Source: a bacterium (GTDB lineage: Bacteria; Krumholzibacteriota; Krumholzibacteriia; G020349025). Taken from it: 64,000 bases of DNA. The position numbers and the translations under genes are program-made. The stretch is from assembly GCA_031362565.1 (NCBI GenBank), contig JANLSU010000119.1, positions 33,398-97,397 of the forward strand. Reading direction: 5' to 3'. The notes below the pieces were generated by a model. It searched no databases. It was not told where the DNA came from and was given only the letters and a program-made list of their open reading frames with translations. Below, piece after piece: positions 35,501-45,755 of this stretch. Position 1 is the stretch's first letter. Every line of letters starts with the position of its first letter.

Positions 35501-37607
35501 TGCCGGCCGGGCCTGCGGACTTCGGCACTCGCCCCGGCCCGCGCTTGGGAGCACTGAGGACACCACGGCCGGCCTCTTCCGCCTCCTGGAATAGAATCAA
35601 GAAACAGCGTTCTCGGAGGTTCTTCAGTGGAATCACTTCGATATGAGTTGCCCGCGTCTCTCCATGTCGTTTCACCCGGACGTTTTCTTGGCGCGCGGTC
35701 TTGTTTTCCCTTTTCGCCTTGTTGATGGCGCTGCGCAACGGCAACATCAACCCCTCGCGCGCCATCTTCAGCACATCGAAACTCGCCTTACCGGTGGGCG
35801 GCTCGAGATACGCATCGGTCGCGCCGCGGAATTGTAGAATTTGCAGTTCGGAGTTGATGAGCACTCCGGCCGGCGCGAATTGATTGACGGTGACCCGGTC
35901 GGCTTCCCGCTCGGCGGTGAGTTCGCTGCGATAGCCGGCCGGGGCTTCGACGGGGGCGCCTTCCGGTGGAAAAAGCCCGTGGGGCTGTGACCGGCCGGGC
36001 ACGGGACGCTCGTCGCGTCCCTCCTTCGCCGGCAGGTGAAGCGCCGGGGTCTGCGTCGGTTTCCGAGAATAGATCTTATGCTTCTTGTCGACCGGCTCGA
36101 ACAGCGCGGTGAACCCGCCGATGGATTCCGACGCACCCAGGAATAGGAAGCCCCCCATCTTGAGCGCATAGTGGAAAACGGGGAAGGCCCGCTTCTGCAA
36201 ACTCGCGTCGAGATAGATCAGCAAATTCCGGCAACTGATGAGATTGATGCGCGAAAACGGCGGGTCGCTGATGAGATTCTGACGCGCAAAGACCACCATC
36301 TCGCGCAGTGGCTTCACGACCCGGTAGCCGCCCTCTTCCTCGACAAAGAACCGCCGCAAGCGTTCCGGCGATACCTCTTGCGCGATGCTCTTGGGGTAAA
36401 GGGCGTGGCGGGCTTTGTCCAATAGCGCGTCGTTGAGGTCGGTGGCAAACACCTGGAGCCGTCGCTTGCGGGAACTCTTTTCCCCGGCTTCCACGAACAC
36501 CATGGCCATCGAATACGCCTCCTGCCCGGTCGAGCAGCCAAGCACCCAGATGCGCAGCGGATCGTCGCCGCGCTGTTGGAGAAGCTTTGGAAAAACCTTG
36601 CGCTTCAAGACGTCGAACGCTTCCGGGTTGCGGAAAAAACTCGTCACACCGATGAGCACATCGGAGTAGAGGGCATCGAGTTCCTTGGAATTGTCCCCGA
36701 GGAAATCGGCGTAGTCCTCCACAGAGTTCGATTTGTTCAACACCACGCGCCGGGTGATGCGCCGCCGGATGGTGGAGGACTTGTAGAGCGAGAAATCGAC
36801 GCGACGGTGGTTGCGCAGGAGAAGCAGGACTTTCTTGAATCCGCTCTCCGCGTCCCGCTCGTCCGGGGCGGGCTCGGGTTGGGCACGTGGGGCCGAGGGG
36901 TCGGCCGGGTGCGCAACCACATAGGGGTGCTTTGCAATGCGCGCCAGTTCGATCGCAATGCTTTGCGGCGAGAGAACGAAATCGACGCACCCTGCCGCCA
37001 CCGCGCTGCGCGGCATCGAGTCGTACCGGGCCGACTCGTCCTGCGCGAACGTAATGCCGCCCTCGGCTTTGATTGCTTCCAGGCCCAGCGTGCCATCGGT
37101 CGCGGTGCCGGACAGGATCACGCCGATCGCCCGGTCGCGCTGGTCGAGCGCCAGGGCCTCGAAAAATGCATCGATCGACCGATGCGGCGTTCGCGCCGCC
37201 TTCCGCGGCAGAAGCTTCAGAACACTCTGCGCGATGCCCAGGCTCGCATTCGGGGGAATGACGTAGATGTGGTTGGCCTCCACCCGCAGATTGTTCGTGA
37301 CCTCACGCACCGGCATCGAAGTGGCTCGCGCCAGAAGCTGCGTGAGGGCGCTTTCATGCATCGGGTCGAGATGCTGCACAAGCACGAAGCCCATGCCGGT
37401 GTCGGTCGGCAAATGCTTGAGCAGTTCGGTGAACGCCTCGAGCCCGCCGGCCGAGGCACCGACACCGACGATCAGCAGCGAATGTGACTCTCGCTTTGGG
37501 GCCCGGGCAGGCACGGCACGCGTCTTCGGTTCACGTCGAGGGGCTCGACGTGACCCTCGCGGCGCCGGAGTCGCCCGGACGGGGACTCTTTTGGTTTTGA
37601 TCACCAT
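32559..37607 (-). CDS. CheB-CheR-coiled coil-PAS hybrid histidine kinase with receiver domain
   Basis: CheB GASAGG/VQHL/GTATDG; CheR VTSFFRN, GCSTGQEAYS, ISCRNLLIY; heptad ELQS/TNEE repeats; several PAS domains; LSHELRTPL; NLLANAIKFT; GLGLGL; REC LVSDIGMP...HLAKP. Confidence 0.93.
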   Translation of the reverse strand: MVIKTKRVPVRATPAPRGSRRAPRREPKTRAVPARAPKRESHSLLIVGVGASAGGLEAFTELLKHLPTDTGMGFVLVQHLDPMHESALTQLLARATSMPVREVTNNLRVEANHIYVIPPNASLGIAQSVLKLLPRKAARTPHRSIDAFFEALALDQRDRAIGVILSGTATDGTLGLEAIKAEGGITFAQDESARYDSMPRSAVAAGCVDFVLSPQSIAIELARIAKHPYVVAHPADPSAPRAQPEPAPDERDAESGFKKVLLLLRNHRRVDFSLYKSSTIRRRITRRVVLNKSNSVEDYADFLGDNSKELDALYSDVLIGVTSFFRNPEAFDVLKRKVFPKLLQQRGDDPLRIWVLGCSTGQEAYSMAMVFVEAGEKSSRKRRLQVFATDLNDALLDKARHALYPKSIAQEVSPERLRRFFVEEEGGYRVVKPLREMVVFARQNLISDPPFSRINLISCRNLLIYLDASLQKRAFPVFHYALKMGGFLFLGASESIGGFTALFEPVDKKHKIYSRKPTQTPALHLPAKEGRDERPVPGRSQPHGLFPPEGAPVEAPAGYRSELTAEREADRVTVNQFAPAGVLINSELQILQFRGATDAYLEPPTGKASFDVLKMAREGLMLPLRSAINKAKRENKTARQENVRVKRHGETRATHIEVIPLKNLRERCFLILFQEAEEAGRGVLSAPKRGPGRVPKSAGPAGRKVESRRLEDLEADLAEMRDFVQAIQEQHEAVNEELQASNEEVQSANEELQSTNEELETSKEELESANEELTTVNEEMAGRNTELSLLNSDLVNLQTSTRLAIVLLGRDLTIRRFSTEAAKLFNLLAVDVGRPIGSVRHNLVFEARRQKTAATLGALAAGVIDTVREDEHEVSDGDGRWFSLRVRPYFTLDNKVDGAVLVLVDITDLKRSGQAVAAARDYAEAIVRTARDPLLILSVDLRVHTANEAFYKTFKVSPAEAEGKLIYEIGNRQWDIPKLRELLENILPMESVFNNVEVTHDFVGLGRRTMLLNARRLSDPSGQPARILLGIEDVTEKLQFQVAVRESAEKFKLLFDRSPLPKWAFELETLRFVDANEAAVEHYGYSHEAFLRMNILDVYTPETGAALRAALTGPSHCPPELELCQHRKKSGEVIDVEVRGSEITLAGKRVWLVSIIDITEHKRAEEALHQSEVRFRELADAMPQIVWAARPDGRIDYFNQRWYEYTGFAESYEQEVWEAILHPDDVQRRLDSYFGCVRTGEPYHIEYRFKDRVRGGYRWFMGRALPIKNEAGEILRWFGTCVDIDNQKRLQEELSKRVEELAAIDRGRTDFLAVLSHELRTPLNAIRGWTQLLQRPDVSAEDLRQGLAVIDRNGRMQSDLIGDLLDVNRLTSGKIQLDVVELDLGAVINATIEGVLPDATAKGIGIIRDIEPATAAVVSGDGNRLQQVFGNLLANAIKFTPRQGEIRLALRCIDTRVEVTVSDTGAGINPEALPYLFERFRQADPLTSRGHGGLGLGLAIAKQLVELHGGRLAAQSAGKGQGATFTVTLPLRAIGAPKTLSEQVADATMVSLGGVVVLVVDNDMDAREPLRRVLEGAGAEVITAGSADEAMEIMQQQRPEVLVSDIGMPERDGYDLVRSIRALPPGRGGLIPIIALTAFASPGDRTRALRAGFDLHLAKPVEPAELLLAVESLARGRSRPLA

Positions 37608-38051
37608 TTGACCTTCGACAGTAGCCGTTTACCCCGCCCAAGACAATGCACAGCGCAGGGCTTGAGCCCGTGGAACCGCTGTGGGATCAGCTTGCGCTCA
37701 CCGCCAGCCGCGCGTTTGGATCGTGCCACACCATTGGAGCCCGCAACGCCATGCGCCGCACCCCGCACGAAACCTCGCGCCGCGGGCTCGCCGGCTTCCG
37801 AAGCACGTTGACCGGGCTCGCGACCGTCCTCTTGAGCACAACCTTCGCTGCCGCGCACGGCGTCGGCTCGTGAGGCCGGTTGGAATCATTTGCGGACCCA
37901 TGAAGCGACATTACGCAGCGTTCTTCTGCACGACCTCGGGTTGGCGTCGAACGGCGATTCGTGTGCCGTCGAGATCGCGTCCGTGCCCATGGCGTGGGAA
38001 GCCGCGCAAGGCGTGGTGCTCCGCTTCACCATTCTCGGTGCAGAACAGCGG

Positions 38052-38594
38052 TCAGGGGGAGCCGGGCGTGGGAGTCTCGGAGTCCGAGGTGCCGGACGTT
38101 GCCACCGGCGGCGCCGCCGCTTTGGCATCGCCATGACCCACCGTCAACGCGAAGGCCAAGGTGCCGATTACGACGCACATGTCCGCGACGTTGAACACCG
38201 GCCATTTCATGAAGCCCAGGTCGTACGGGCCGATGAAGTCGACCACGCCGCGGGTACTCGACACGCGGTCCAGGAGATTCCCGAGCGCTCCCGCGAACAT
38301 GAGCGACAGGGCCACCTGGCGCAACCGTTCCGCGGCCGCGGTACCGCGATACAACATCACCACGACCGGAAGGACCGCGACCGCCACGATGGCGAACACG
38401 ATGCGCGACGCACCGCCGACGTTCAGGCCGAAAGCAATGCCGCGATTGTAACCCAGCGTCAACGGCAACCAGGCGCCCCACGGGTGCACCGTGGCGCCGG
38501 GCGGCAAATTCGCCGCCGCCCAGCGCTTCGCGAGCACATCCGCCACCACGGCCGTCAGCGCGATGCCGAAGAACACCCACCACTTGCGCTGCAT
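38052..38594 (-). CDS. lspA: Lipoprotein signal peptidase II
   Basis: YNRGIAFG, GALGNLLDR, GVVDFI, WPVFNVAD catalytic Asp motifs. Confidence 0.93.
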   Translation of the reverse strand: MQRKWWVFFGIALTAVVADVLAKRWAAANLPPGATVHPWGAWLPLTLGYNRGIAFGLNVGGASRIVFAIVAVAVLPVVVMLYRGTAAAERLRQVALSLMFAGALGNLLDRVSSTRGVVDFIGPYDLGFMKWPVFNVADMCVVIGTLAFALTVGHGDAKAAAPPVATSGTSDSETPTPGSP

Positions 38595-39355
38595 CAGTTG
38601 CCCTGCATGAGTTTAATCTGCGCTTCCAGGACCTGCTTGCGGCGCTTCGCGAAGTCCACTTCCTTGGCGGCCAGATCCTTCTTGCGGTTCGCGGCATCGA
38701 TTTCGGCGTCGAGCGTGCGCCGCTCCATGTCGGCGGCCTCGCGATCGGCGCGCGCCATGGCGGCAATCACTTCCGCTGTCAGCGACCGCGTCATGAAGTC
38801 CCGGCGCTGATCGCGCTTGCCGGCGAGTGCGAGTTCCAGGTCGTAGACCTTGGAGCTGGCGTCCGCGAAAGCACGTGATGCTTCCGCCAACTCGATCTCC
38901 TTGGAGCGCAGCGCTTCACGCCGCTGGAGCAGGTCCTTTTCCAATTGTGCGAGCCGCTTCCGGCTTTCCCATTCTCTCTTCTGGACCTCGTCTTTTTCTT
39001 TTTTCGCCAAGTCGAGACTCGCGTCGATCGTCTGCAGCTGCGACTCTTTGAGTTTGATCTCGGTCTCGGCGCGTACCTGCATCATCTTGGCGTTGGTGAT
39101 ATCGGCTACCGCCATGATCTGGCGGGTTTTCTGGGTTTCCAAGTCGCGGCGAATGTCGTCCGAGGGACGCATCGGCACGAGGACGAGCAGGCTGTCCGTC
39201 ATGCTCATTGCCGGCCTCAGGTTCGGAACGGGCGCGCTCACCGCCGCGGCGGGTGCGTCTGGAGCCGTCGGCGTCGACTGCGCGGCGGCCGGGCGCGCGA
39301 ACGCGAACAGGGCCGCTCCAAGCACGGTGACGCTCCGAATGGCGAACGTACGCAT
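38594..39355 (-). CDS. Secreted long coiled-coil hypothetical protein
   Basis: GGAGG RBS; signal MRTFAIRS...PAAAQ; E/K/R/A-rich helical body; TGATG coupling to lspA. Confidence 0.7.
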   Translation of the reverse strand: MRTFAIRSVTVLGAALFAFARPAAAQSTPTAPDAPAAAVSAPVPNLRPAMSMTDSLLVLVPMRPSDDIRRDLETQKTRQIMAVADITNAKMMQVRAETEIKLKESQLQTIDASLDLAKKEKDEVQKREWESRKRLAQLEKDLLQRREALRSKEIELAEASRAFADASSKVYDLELALAGKRDQRRDFMTRSLTAEVIAAMARADREAADMERRTLDAEIDAANRKKDLAAKEVDFAKRRKQVLEAQIKLMQGN

Positions 39356-39505
39356 GGTCTGAACCTCCGTCGAATACATCGCGCTGCCCAAAGCACCAAG
39401 CGGGTGCGCGCCAGAGTACCAGACGGCCGGACCTGTCGTATACTCGCGCCCAGAGCGGCTTTGCCGCTTGAACTGACTTCGGGCCGTCGTTCCCAATGGA
39501 GCCGC

Positions 39506-41278
39506 ATGTCGAGACCGGCCGTACCCGCGCCATCCGAATCGCCGTCGAAGCGCTTCGAGATCGAGGCCAAGTACGCCATCCCGGACGACCGCACCTTCGA
39601 ACGCCTGCGCACCTTGGAATCCCTCGCCGCCTACACCTTCCATTTTCAAGTGCAACAGGACATCGACGATGTCTATCTCGACACCGCCGGGCGAGAGCTG
39701 TTGCGGGCCGGTTGGGCCTGCCGCGTCCGCAGTGGGATGGCCCCCGGCCGTCAGGTCGTGACGTTGAAGGGACTCGGGCGGTCGCGTGGCGCGATCCATC
39801 GCCGCGAAGAAAACGAGGTCGAGATCACCGCCGGTCTGCCGCCTGGCGAGTGGCCGGCGGGTCCGGTGCACGACACGGTCCTCACTCTGACGCAAGGCGC
39901 GGCGCTCGAAACTCTTTTGGAACTGCATCAAGTCCGAATCTTGCACGATGTGCGCCGCGATGGGCGGGTCGCAGCAGTACGCTTTCTCGACCGCGTCGCG
40001 GTGACGGCAGGCGACCGCCAACTGACGACGCTCGAGATGGAGATCGAACTCGCGGCCGACGGCAACTTGGCCGATCTCTGGGAATTGGAACGCCTGCTGC
40101 GACGCTTCCGGCTCCAAGCCGAGTCGCGCTCGAAGCTCGAACGCGCGCTTGCTTGGGTGGAGTCGACGCACGCGGCCGGTAGCACGGTGCCGATCCCGCC
40201 GGTTGCCGCTCCTGCCGCGGCCGCGGAACCAGCCCCGGCCAAGCGTAAAACCGCGACGCCGTCGCAACAACGCGTGGCGCCGCCGGAGCCCAAGCGCGCT
40301 GCACCGGCACCGGCCGCGCCCGAGCGCGCGCCGAAGAAGCGTCGCAAGGGCCCCGCGGTCCGTGCCGATGAACCCCTCGCCGAAGCCGGGCGCACCATCC
40401 TGGCGTTTCACTGCGAACGCATGCTGGCGCACGAAGAGGGCACGCGCGCCGGTGCCGATCTCGAGGAATTGCACGATATGCGGGTTGCGACCCGCCGCCA
40501 GCGTGCGGCGCTGCGCATCGTCGAGCCCTATTTCCGGCGCAAGGCAATCGACCCGGTGCGCAATGGACTGCGGGAAGTGGCCCAAGCCCTTGGCGCAGTG
40601 CGCGACTTGGATGTATTGCTGGAGGAACTTGCAGCGTATCGCCACGGCCTGCACGACCGGGGGCCAACCCCGCTCGAACCGCTCGCCCTGGCGTGGACCG
40701 AACGCCGCGACACGGCACGCGAGGGCCTCCTCGCTCACCTCGACAGCACCGATTGGACCGCGTTCAAGGACGAATACAGCCGCTTCCTCTCGTCGCCCGG
40801 CGCCGGCGTTCGCGCCGCGTCGCGCGGCGAAATTCCGCAGCCCCATCTGGTCGCACAAGTGTTGCCAGCCGAAATTTGGAGCCACTACGGAGCGATCCGG
40901 GCGTACGAAGCCGTGTTGTCGTGGGCCGCACCCCCGACCCTGCACGCACTCCGGATCGAGTGCAAGCGCCTGCGCTACCTCCTGGAATTCTTCCGCGACA
41001 CTCTCGACGACGCGATCGAAGAATCCATCGACAATTTGGTCGCGCTGCAGGATCATTTGGGGAAGTTGAACGACTCGCACGTGACCGAAGGGCTGGTGCG
41101 GGAGTTCTTGGCCGGACCGCGAGTCGTGAACCATGAGATCGCTGCCGCCGCCGGCCGCTATCTCGAGTTCCACGAGGACCGGGTGCGCGCCCTGCGCCGC
41201 GACGTCGGGGCGCCTTGGGGTAAGGTGGCGGGCCCGGAGTTTCGCCGGGCGCTCGCGGGTGCGGTGGCGGTGTTGTGA
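39506..41278 (+). CDS. CYTH plus CHAD domain protein (polyphosphate-binding/triphosphatase)
   Basis: EIEAKY, DVYLDT, VTLKG, REENE, EMEIEL, SKLERAL (CYTH); LHDMRVATRRQRAAL, LGAVRDLDV, LHALRIECKRLRYLLE, LQDHLGKLND (CHAD). Confidence 0.92.
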   Translation: MSRPAVPAPSESPSKRFEIEAKYAIPDDRTFERLRTLESLAAYTFHFQVQQDIDDVYLDTAGRELLRAGWACRVRSGMAPGRQVVTLKGLGRSRGAIHRREENEVEITAGLPPGEWPAGPVHDTVLTLTQGAALETLLELHQVRILHDVRRDGRVAAVRFLDRVAVTAGDRQLTTLEMEIELAADGNLADLWELERLLRRFRLQAESRSKLERALAWVESTHAAGSTVPIPPVAAPAAAAEPAPAKRKTATPSQQRVAPPEPKRAAPAPAAPERAPKKRRKGPAVRADEPLAEAGRTILAFHCERMLAHEEGTRAGADLEELHDMRVATRRQRAALRIVEPYFRRKAIDPVRNGLREVAQALGAVRDLDVLLEELAAYRHGLHDRGPTPLEPLALAWTERRDTAREGLLAHLDSTDWTAFKDEYSRFLSSPGAGVRAASRGEIPQPHLVAQVLPAEIWSHYGAIRAYEAVLSWAAPPTLHALRIECKRLRYLLEFFRDTLDDAIEESIDNLVALQDHLGKLNDSHVTEGLVREFLAGPRVVNHEIAAAAGRYLEFHEDRVRALRRDVGAPWGKVAGPEFRRALAGAVAVL

Positions 41279-41304
41279 GGGCTTCGACATCCCGGAGACA
41301 GATC

Positions 41305-41811
41305 ATGCCCGGTGCTTCCAAAGCAGCGCGTGCCGAAGTCGTTCTCGCCGCCGGCGGCATCGTGTGGCGCGAGACGGCGCGCGGCCCCGAGGTCGCGATT
41401 GTCCATCGCCCGCAGCACGACGACTGGACACTACCCAAGGGCAAGCTCGATCCAGGCGAAAGCTGGCAAGAGGGGGCTCTGCGCGAAGTCGAAGAGGAAA
41501 CCGGGCTACACCCCGAACTGGGCGAATTCGCCGGCGCCTCCAGCTACATGACGAACCGCGCTCCCAAGGTCGTCTTGTACTGGCACATGCACGTCGACCC
41601 CCCCTACAAGTTCCAGCCGCATGATCTAGAGGAAATCGACGCGCTCGAGTGGTTGAGTGTTGCCGATGCAATCTCCCACTTGTCCTATGAGCGTGATCAG
41701 AAGATTTTGACCGAATCCATTGTGCTCTTGGCGTCGGACGAACCCAGCGAGGCGACCGAAGGGCCGTCGTTCGGCGAGCGGCTGCGTGCCGCGCTGCTGC
41801 GGAAGCGCTGA
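41305..41811 (+). CDS. NUDIX hydrolase (MutT1-like N-domain)
   Basis: AAGGIVWR, VHRPQHDDWTLPKGKLDPGE...ALREVEEETG Nudix box. Confidence 0.9.
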   Translation: MPGASKAARAEVVLAAGGIVWRETARGPEVAIVHRPQHDDWTLPKGKLDPGESWQEGALREVEEETGLHPELGEFAGASSYMTNRAPKVVLYWHMHVDPPYKFQPHDLEEIDALEWLSVADAISHLSYERDQKILTESIVLLASDEPSEATEGPSFGERLRAALLRKR

Positions 41812-41818
41812 GCGCCTT

Positions 41819-42906
<1,088 letters not shown>

Positions 42907-42910
<4 letters not shown>

Positions 42911-43350
42911 CGGTTTTCGCCGGTGCGCGGCGCGAGTGCCTGTTCGAGCAGTGCGGCGACTTGAGTTTCGATGCGGTCGCGCACGTCCCTGAACCCCGTG
43001 TCATCCAAGTGCTTTGGGTCCTGCAGCGCCCAGTCCAAGCGATGCCGCGCCGGCACGAACGGACACGCGTCGCCGCAACCCATGGTCACGACGTAGTCCC
43101 AGGTGGTCGTGGCGGGAATGTCGTCCAGGCCCTTCGACGCATGAACGGTGAGATCGATGCCCTTTTCGGCCATGAATTGGACGGCGCGCGCGTTGACCTG
43201 CCCCGAAGGGCGTGAACCGGCACTCGCCGCGACGACGCTGTTGGCGCCCAGGGCCCGCGCGAAGCCTTCCGCCATCTGTGAGCGGCAGGAGTTTTCGACG
43301 CAGACGAAGAGCAGGTGCGGCTTGGAATCGTTCGTGGTGATTTCAGACAC
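42907..43350 (-). CDS. arsC: Arsenate reductase, LMW-PTP/thioredoxin type
   Basis: LFVCVENSCRSQMAEGF, TMGCGDACP, DWALQDP; GTG start overlaps the arsR stop. Confidence 0.9.
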
Positions 43351-43774
43351 GCTGGCGCTCCTTTCGGGTGCCGCGGCGTGAAACGGCCGGCGCCGGGCGC
43401 ATGCCGAGGCTGCAGATTTCATCGAGCGGCACGCGGATGACAACGCGGAGCCGCCGCCGGTCGGCCACTATCGTCGGATCGCGATCGAGCGCCCCGTCGA
43501 GGAGCGCGAGCACCGGTTGCGTGTAGGGATTGTGTGCCTCGGTGGCGAGCGTGTACTCGATCCACTTGCCGTTCCGCCGGTTGGTCACCAGCCCCGACGT
43601 TTCGAGCAGGCTGAGATGCTTGGACACCGTCGATGGCGCGAGACCCAAGACCGCCTGCACCTGGCACACACACAAGCCACCATGCTTGAGCAGCTTGAGA
43701 ATCCGCGTACGGGTCGGATCCCCCGCCGCCTTCAACACCCGCTCGAGATCGCGCACCCGGTGTCCTTCCGTCAT
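43343..43774 (-). CDS. arsR: ArsR/SmtB metalloregulatory repressor
   Basis: KAAGDPTRTRIL, LCVC metal site, STVSKHL, GKWIEY; heads the arsC-acr3 operon. Confidence 0.92.
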   Translation of the reverse strand: MTEGHRVRDLERVLKAAGDPTRTRILKLLKHGGLCVCQVQAVLGLAPSTVSKHLSLLETSGLVTNRRNGKWIEYTLATEAHNPYTQPVLALLDGALDRDPTIVADRRRLRVVIRVPLDEICSLGMRPAPAVSRRGTRKERQRV

Positions 43775-43819
43775 TTCGCCACATGACGAAATATAGAACC
43801 TGCGGCCGGGGTGTGTCCA
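43772..43819 (-). promoter_or_regulatory. ars promoter with ArsR operator palindrome
   Basis: Minus strand TGGACA-N18-TATATT; inverted repeat ATTTCG-N8-CGAAAT (43773-43792) lies between the -10 box and the arsR ATG and overlaps both. Confidence 0.65.
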
Positions 43820-43892
43820 GGATCAATTGCCGATGGTGGCGCGGGGCACGTTGACGTGACGCCACGTGGAACGCGGGAACCCCCAGCAGCGT

Positions 43893-44111
43893 TCAAGCGC
43901 CGGTCGTTGCTTTTGCCGAGGGTGGATCGTCTCTCAGCACGAAGGCTTCGCCTACGAAGGCGGGTTCCGGCTTCGAATACCGCAAGGCATTCCAGTAGGG
44001 CAGCATTTGCTCGCACATCTGAATCATTTCCGCCGCGGAGTAGACAGGCGGCTTCGAGATGAAATCCGGCGCGTCCGGAAGATTCAGAATATCGTTTTCT
44101 CGTAGTGTCAT
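43893..44111 (-). CDS. Small hypothetical protein coupled to the nucleotidyltransferase (putative TA partner)
   Basis: ATGA overlap with the upstream gene; GGAGG inside the upstream gene end; LNLPDAPDFISKPP. Confidence 0.55.
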   Translation of the reverse strand: MTLRENDILNLPDAPDFISKPPVYSAAEMIQMCEQMLPYWNALRYSKPEPAFVGEAFVLRDDPPSAKATTGA

Positions 44112-44644
44112 GATCTCGGGAGTTCCTCCTTGATCCGTTCGTAGAGCGCAGAGGTCGCGTACCGGACGCACAACTCCCGAAGGTCCGCGTCAGAGATCCC
44201 TGTTTTTCCCGAGCGCAGCAATGCAACGAGATCTCCGAAATCCTTGGCAAATCGATGTTCCTGGAAGTGCTTCAGAGCGTGAATCTTGAGAGTCACCAAG
44301 TGGCGGGAGGAAACCACTCGCGCGCGTGCCGGACCAAATTCCATCTCCACCGCGTCCGAAAGGATCTTTCGGAAGGTTTCATCGTCGACGAACATCAGGT
44401 CGATGGGCCAGGCCGGTGTTGCATCGGGACGATAGCGCGCAAATCGCTCGTCGTGCTGGCCGGATTCATAGTTCATCTTCTTCATGAGAGTCGACCAGGC
44501 TTCCTTGTCGCTCCCTCGAACAATCAGATCCAAATCGCCGGTCTGGCGCGAAATGCCGTAGGCATTCACGGCGTGGCCACCAATGACCGCGAAAGGCATG
44601 TCCTTGCCCTCGGCGTAGAGTGAGATGGTTCGAAGTACTTCCAT
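44108..44644 (-). CDS. Pol-beta-like nucleotidyltransferase (AbiEii/DUF6036-like)
   Basis: VIGGHAVNAYG...RQTGDLDL (GG...DxD), IDLM, LVTLKIHAL, KDFGDL; extended -10 TGGTATACT 6 nt before the ATG. Confidence 0.8.
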   Translation of the reverse strand: MEVLRTISLYAEGKDMPFAVIGGHAVNAYGISRQTGDLDLIVRGSDKEAWSTLMKKMNYESGQHDERFARYRPDATPAWPIDLMFVDDETFRKILSDAVEMEFGPARARVVSSRHLVTLKIHALKHFQEHRFAKDFGDLVALLRSGKTGISDADLRELCVRYATSALYERIKEELPRS

Positions 44645-44762
44645 CGCTGCAGTATACCAGGCACGACGCGTGTCCATGGAGTTATACTGCGGACGTCTTT
44701 AGAACCGCCGCGGCGGGGTGTTCTGCAGGCGTGTCGCGGCCGGAACTGTCGGGACGGTTTCG

Positions 44763-45596
44763 ATGGATGCCAAATTCCATCCAGCGATCGCCGCGCTTCA
44801 AACGGGCGATGTCGAGTGGCTTCGATCGTTACTCCGGGAAAACCCGTGGCTCGCGACTGCCCGGTCAGCCATCAGCCACCCCACGTTGCTGCAGTGTTTG
44901 GTGTTGGATGTGGGCGATGCGCCTAACGGTCCGGCAATGGCGCACGCCCTGATCGACGCTGGCGCCGCAATCGATGCGCCGCTTGTTGCGGCGGCCAGCA
45001 TGAACCGCACCGCGCTCGCCGGCTTACTCCTCGACGCCGGAGCGGCACTCGATGGCGATGGTGTTTGGTCGCCGCTCGAGGAAGCGCTGTACTGGGGCCA
45101 TCGCGAGACGGCCGATCTCCTGCTCGCGCGCGGTGCTTCGATCCACAACCTGCGAATTGCCGCGGGCGCGGGCCGCATCGATGCCCTCGACAGTTTCTTC
45201 GCGCCGGACGGCAACCTGAAGCCTGAGGCCGGCTGGATCGCCGGACCTTTCGAGCCGAACCGGGCCGGCGACGCAGAATGGACTCACGATCGCCAGAACA
45301 TCATCGACAATGCGTTCGTGTATGCCTGCATCAACGATCGCGTCGAAGCTGTGGAGCGGCTCTTGCAGATTGGGGCGCGCATCGATTCCATCCCGCCGGG
45401 CTTCGATTTTGCGGGCACCGGCCTGCACAACGCCGCGCTTCAGGGGCACCGGCGCATGGTCGAGTTCTTGGTGGCGCGCGGTGCGAACGTCAACATCTTG
45501 GACACCAAGGTCGGTCAAACCGCCGCGGGTTGGGCCGCCTACGGCGGGCACGAAGACCTCAAGAACGACCTGGAGCGGGTCGGTCGCGAGCGCTGA
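44763..45596 (+). CDS. Ankyrin repeat protein
   Basis: WSPLEEALYWGH...LLARGA, TGLHNAALQGH...LVARGANVN. Confidence 0.88.
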   Translation: MDAKFHPAIAALQTGDVEWLRSLLRENPWLATARSAISHPTLLQCLVLDVGDAPNGPAMAHALIDAGAAIDAPLVAAASMNRTALAGLLLDAGAALDGDGVWSPLEEALYWGHRETADLLLARGASIHNLRIAAGAGRIDALDSFFAPDGNLKPEAGWIAGPFEPNRAGDAEWTHDRQNIIDNAFVYACINDRVEAVERLLQIGARIDSIPPGFDFAGTGLHNAALQGHRRMVEFLVARGANVNILDTKVGQTAAGWAAYGGHEDLKNDLERVGRER

Positions 45597-45720
45597 TCGT
45601 AGCCGGGTCTTCCGGACATCTGGCTGGCCCTGACGGCGTGTAATTCATTGACCGGCCGGGGGTTGTGCTTGCGTGCGGCCGACCGGACCGCGGCGCGGCG
45701 CGGATTTTTAACCGCACCCC

Positions 45721-45749
45721 TGCAACCTTTTCACCGCCTTGGACGACTC
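45721..45749 (+). promoter_or_regulatory. ECF-type promoter, probably autoregulatory
   Basis: TGCAAC-N17-CGACTC ending 6 nt before the GTG of the ECF gene; no SD sequence. Confidence 0.55.
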
Positions 45750-45755
45750 AACACT

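Noticed and set aside
37608..38051. Short ORFs between the CheBR kinase and lspA
   Set aside because: No SD, motif or convincing composition in any frame.
39356..41290. 898-aa minus-strand ORF 38594-41290
   Set aside because: The upstream two-thirds is the antisense shadow of CYTH-CHAD. Only the part from ATG 39355 has an SD and a signal peptide.
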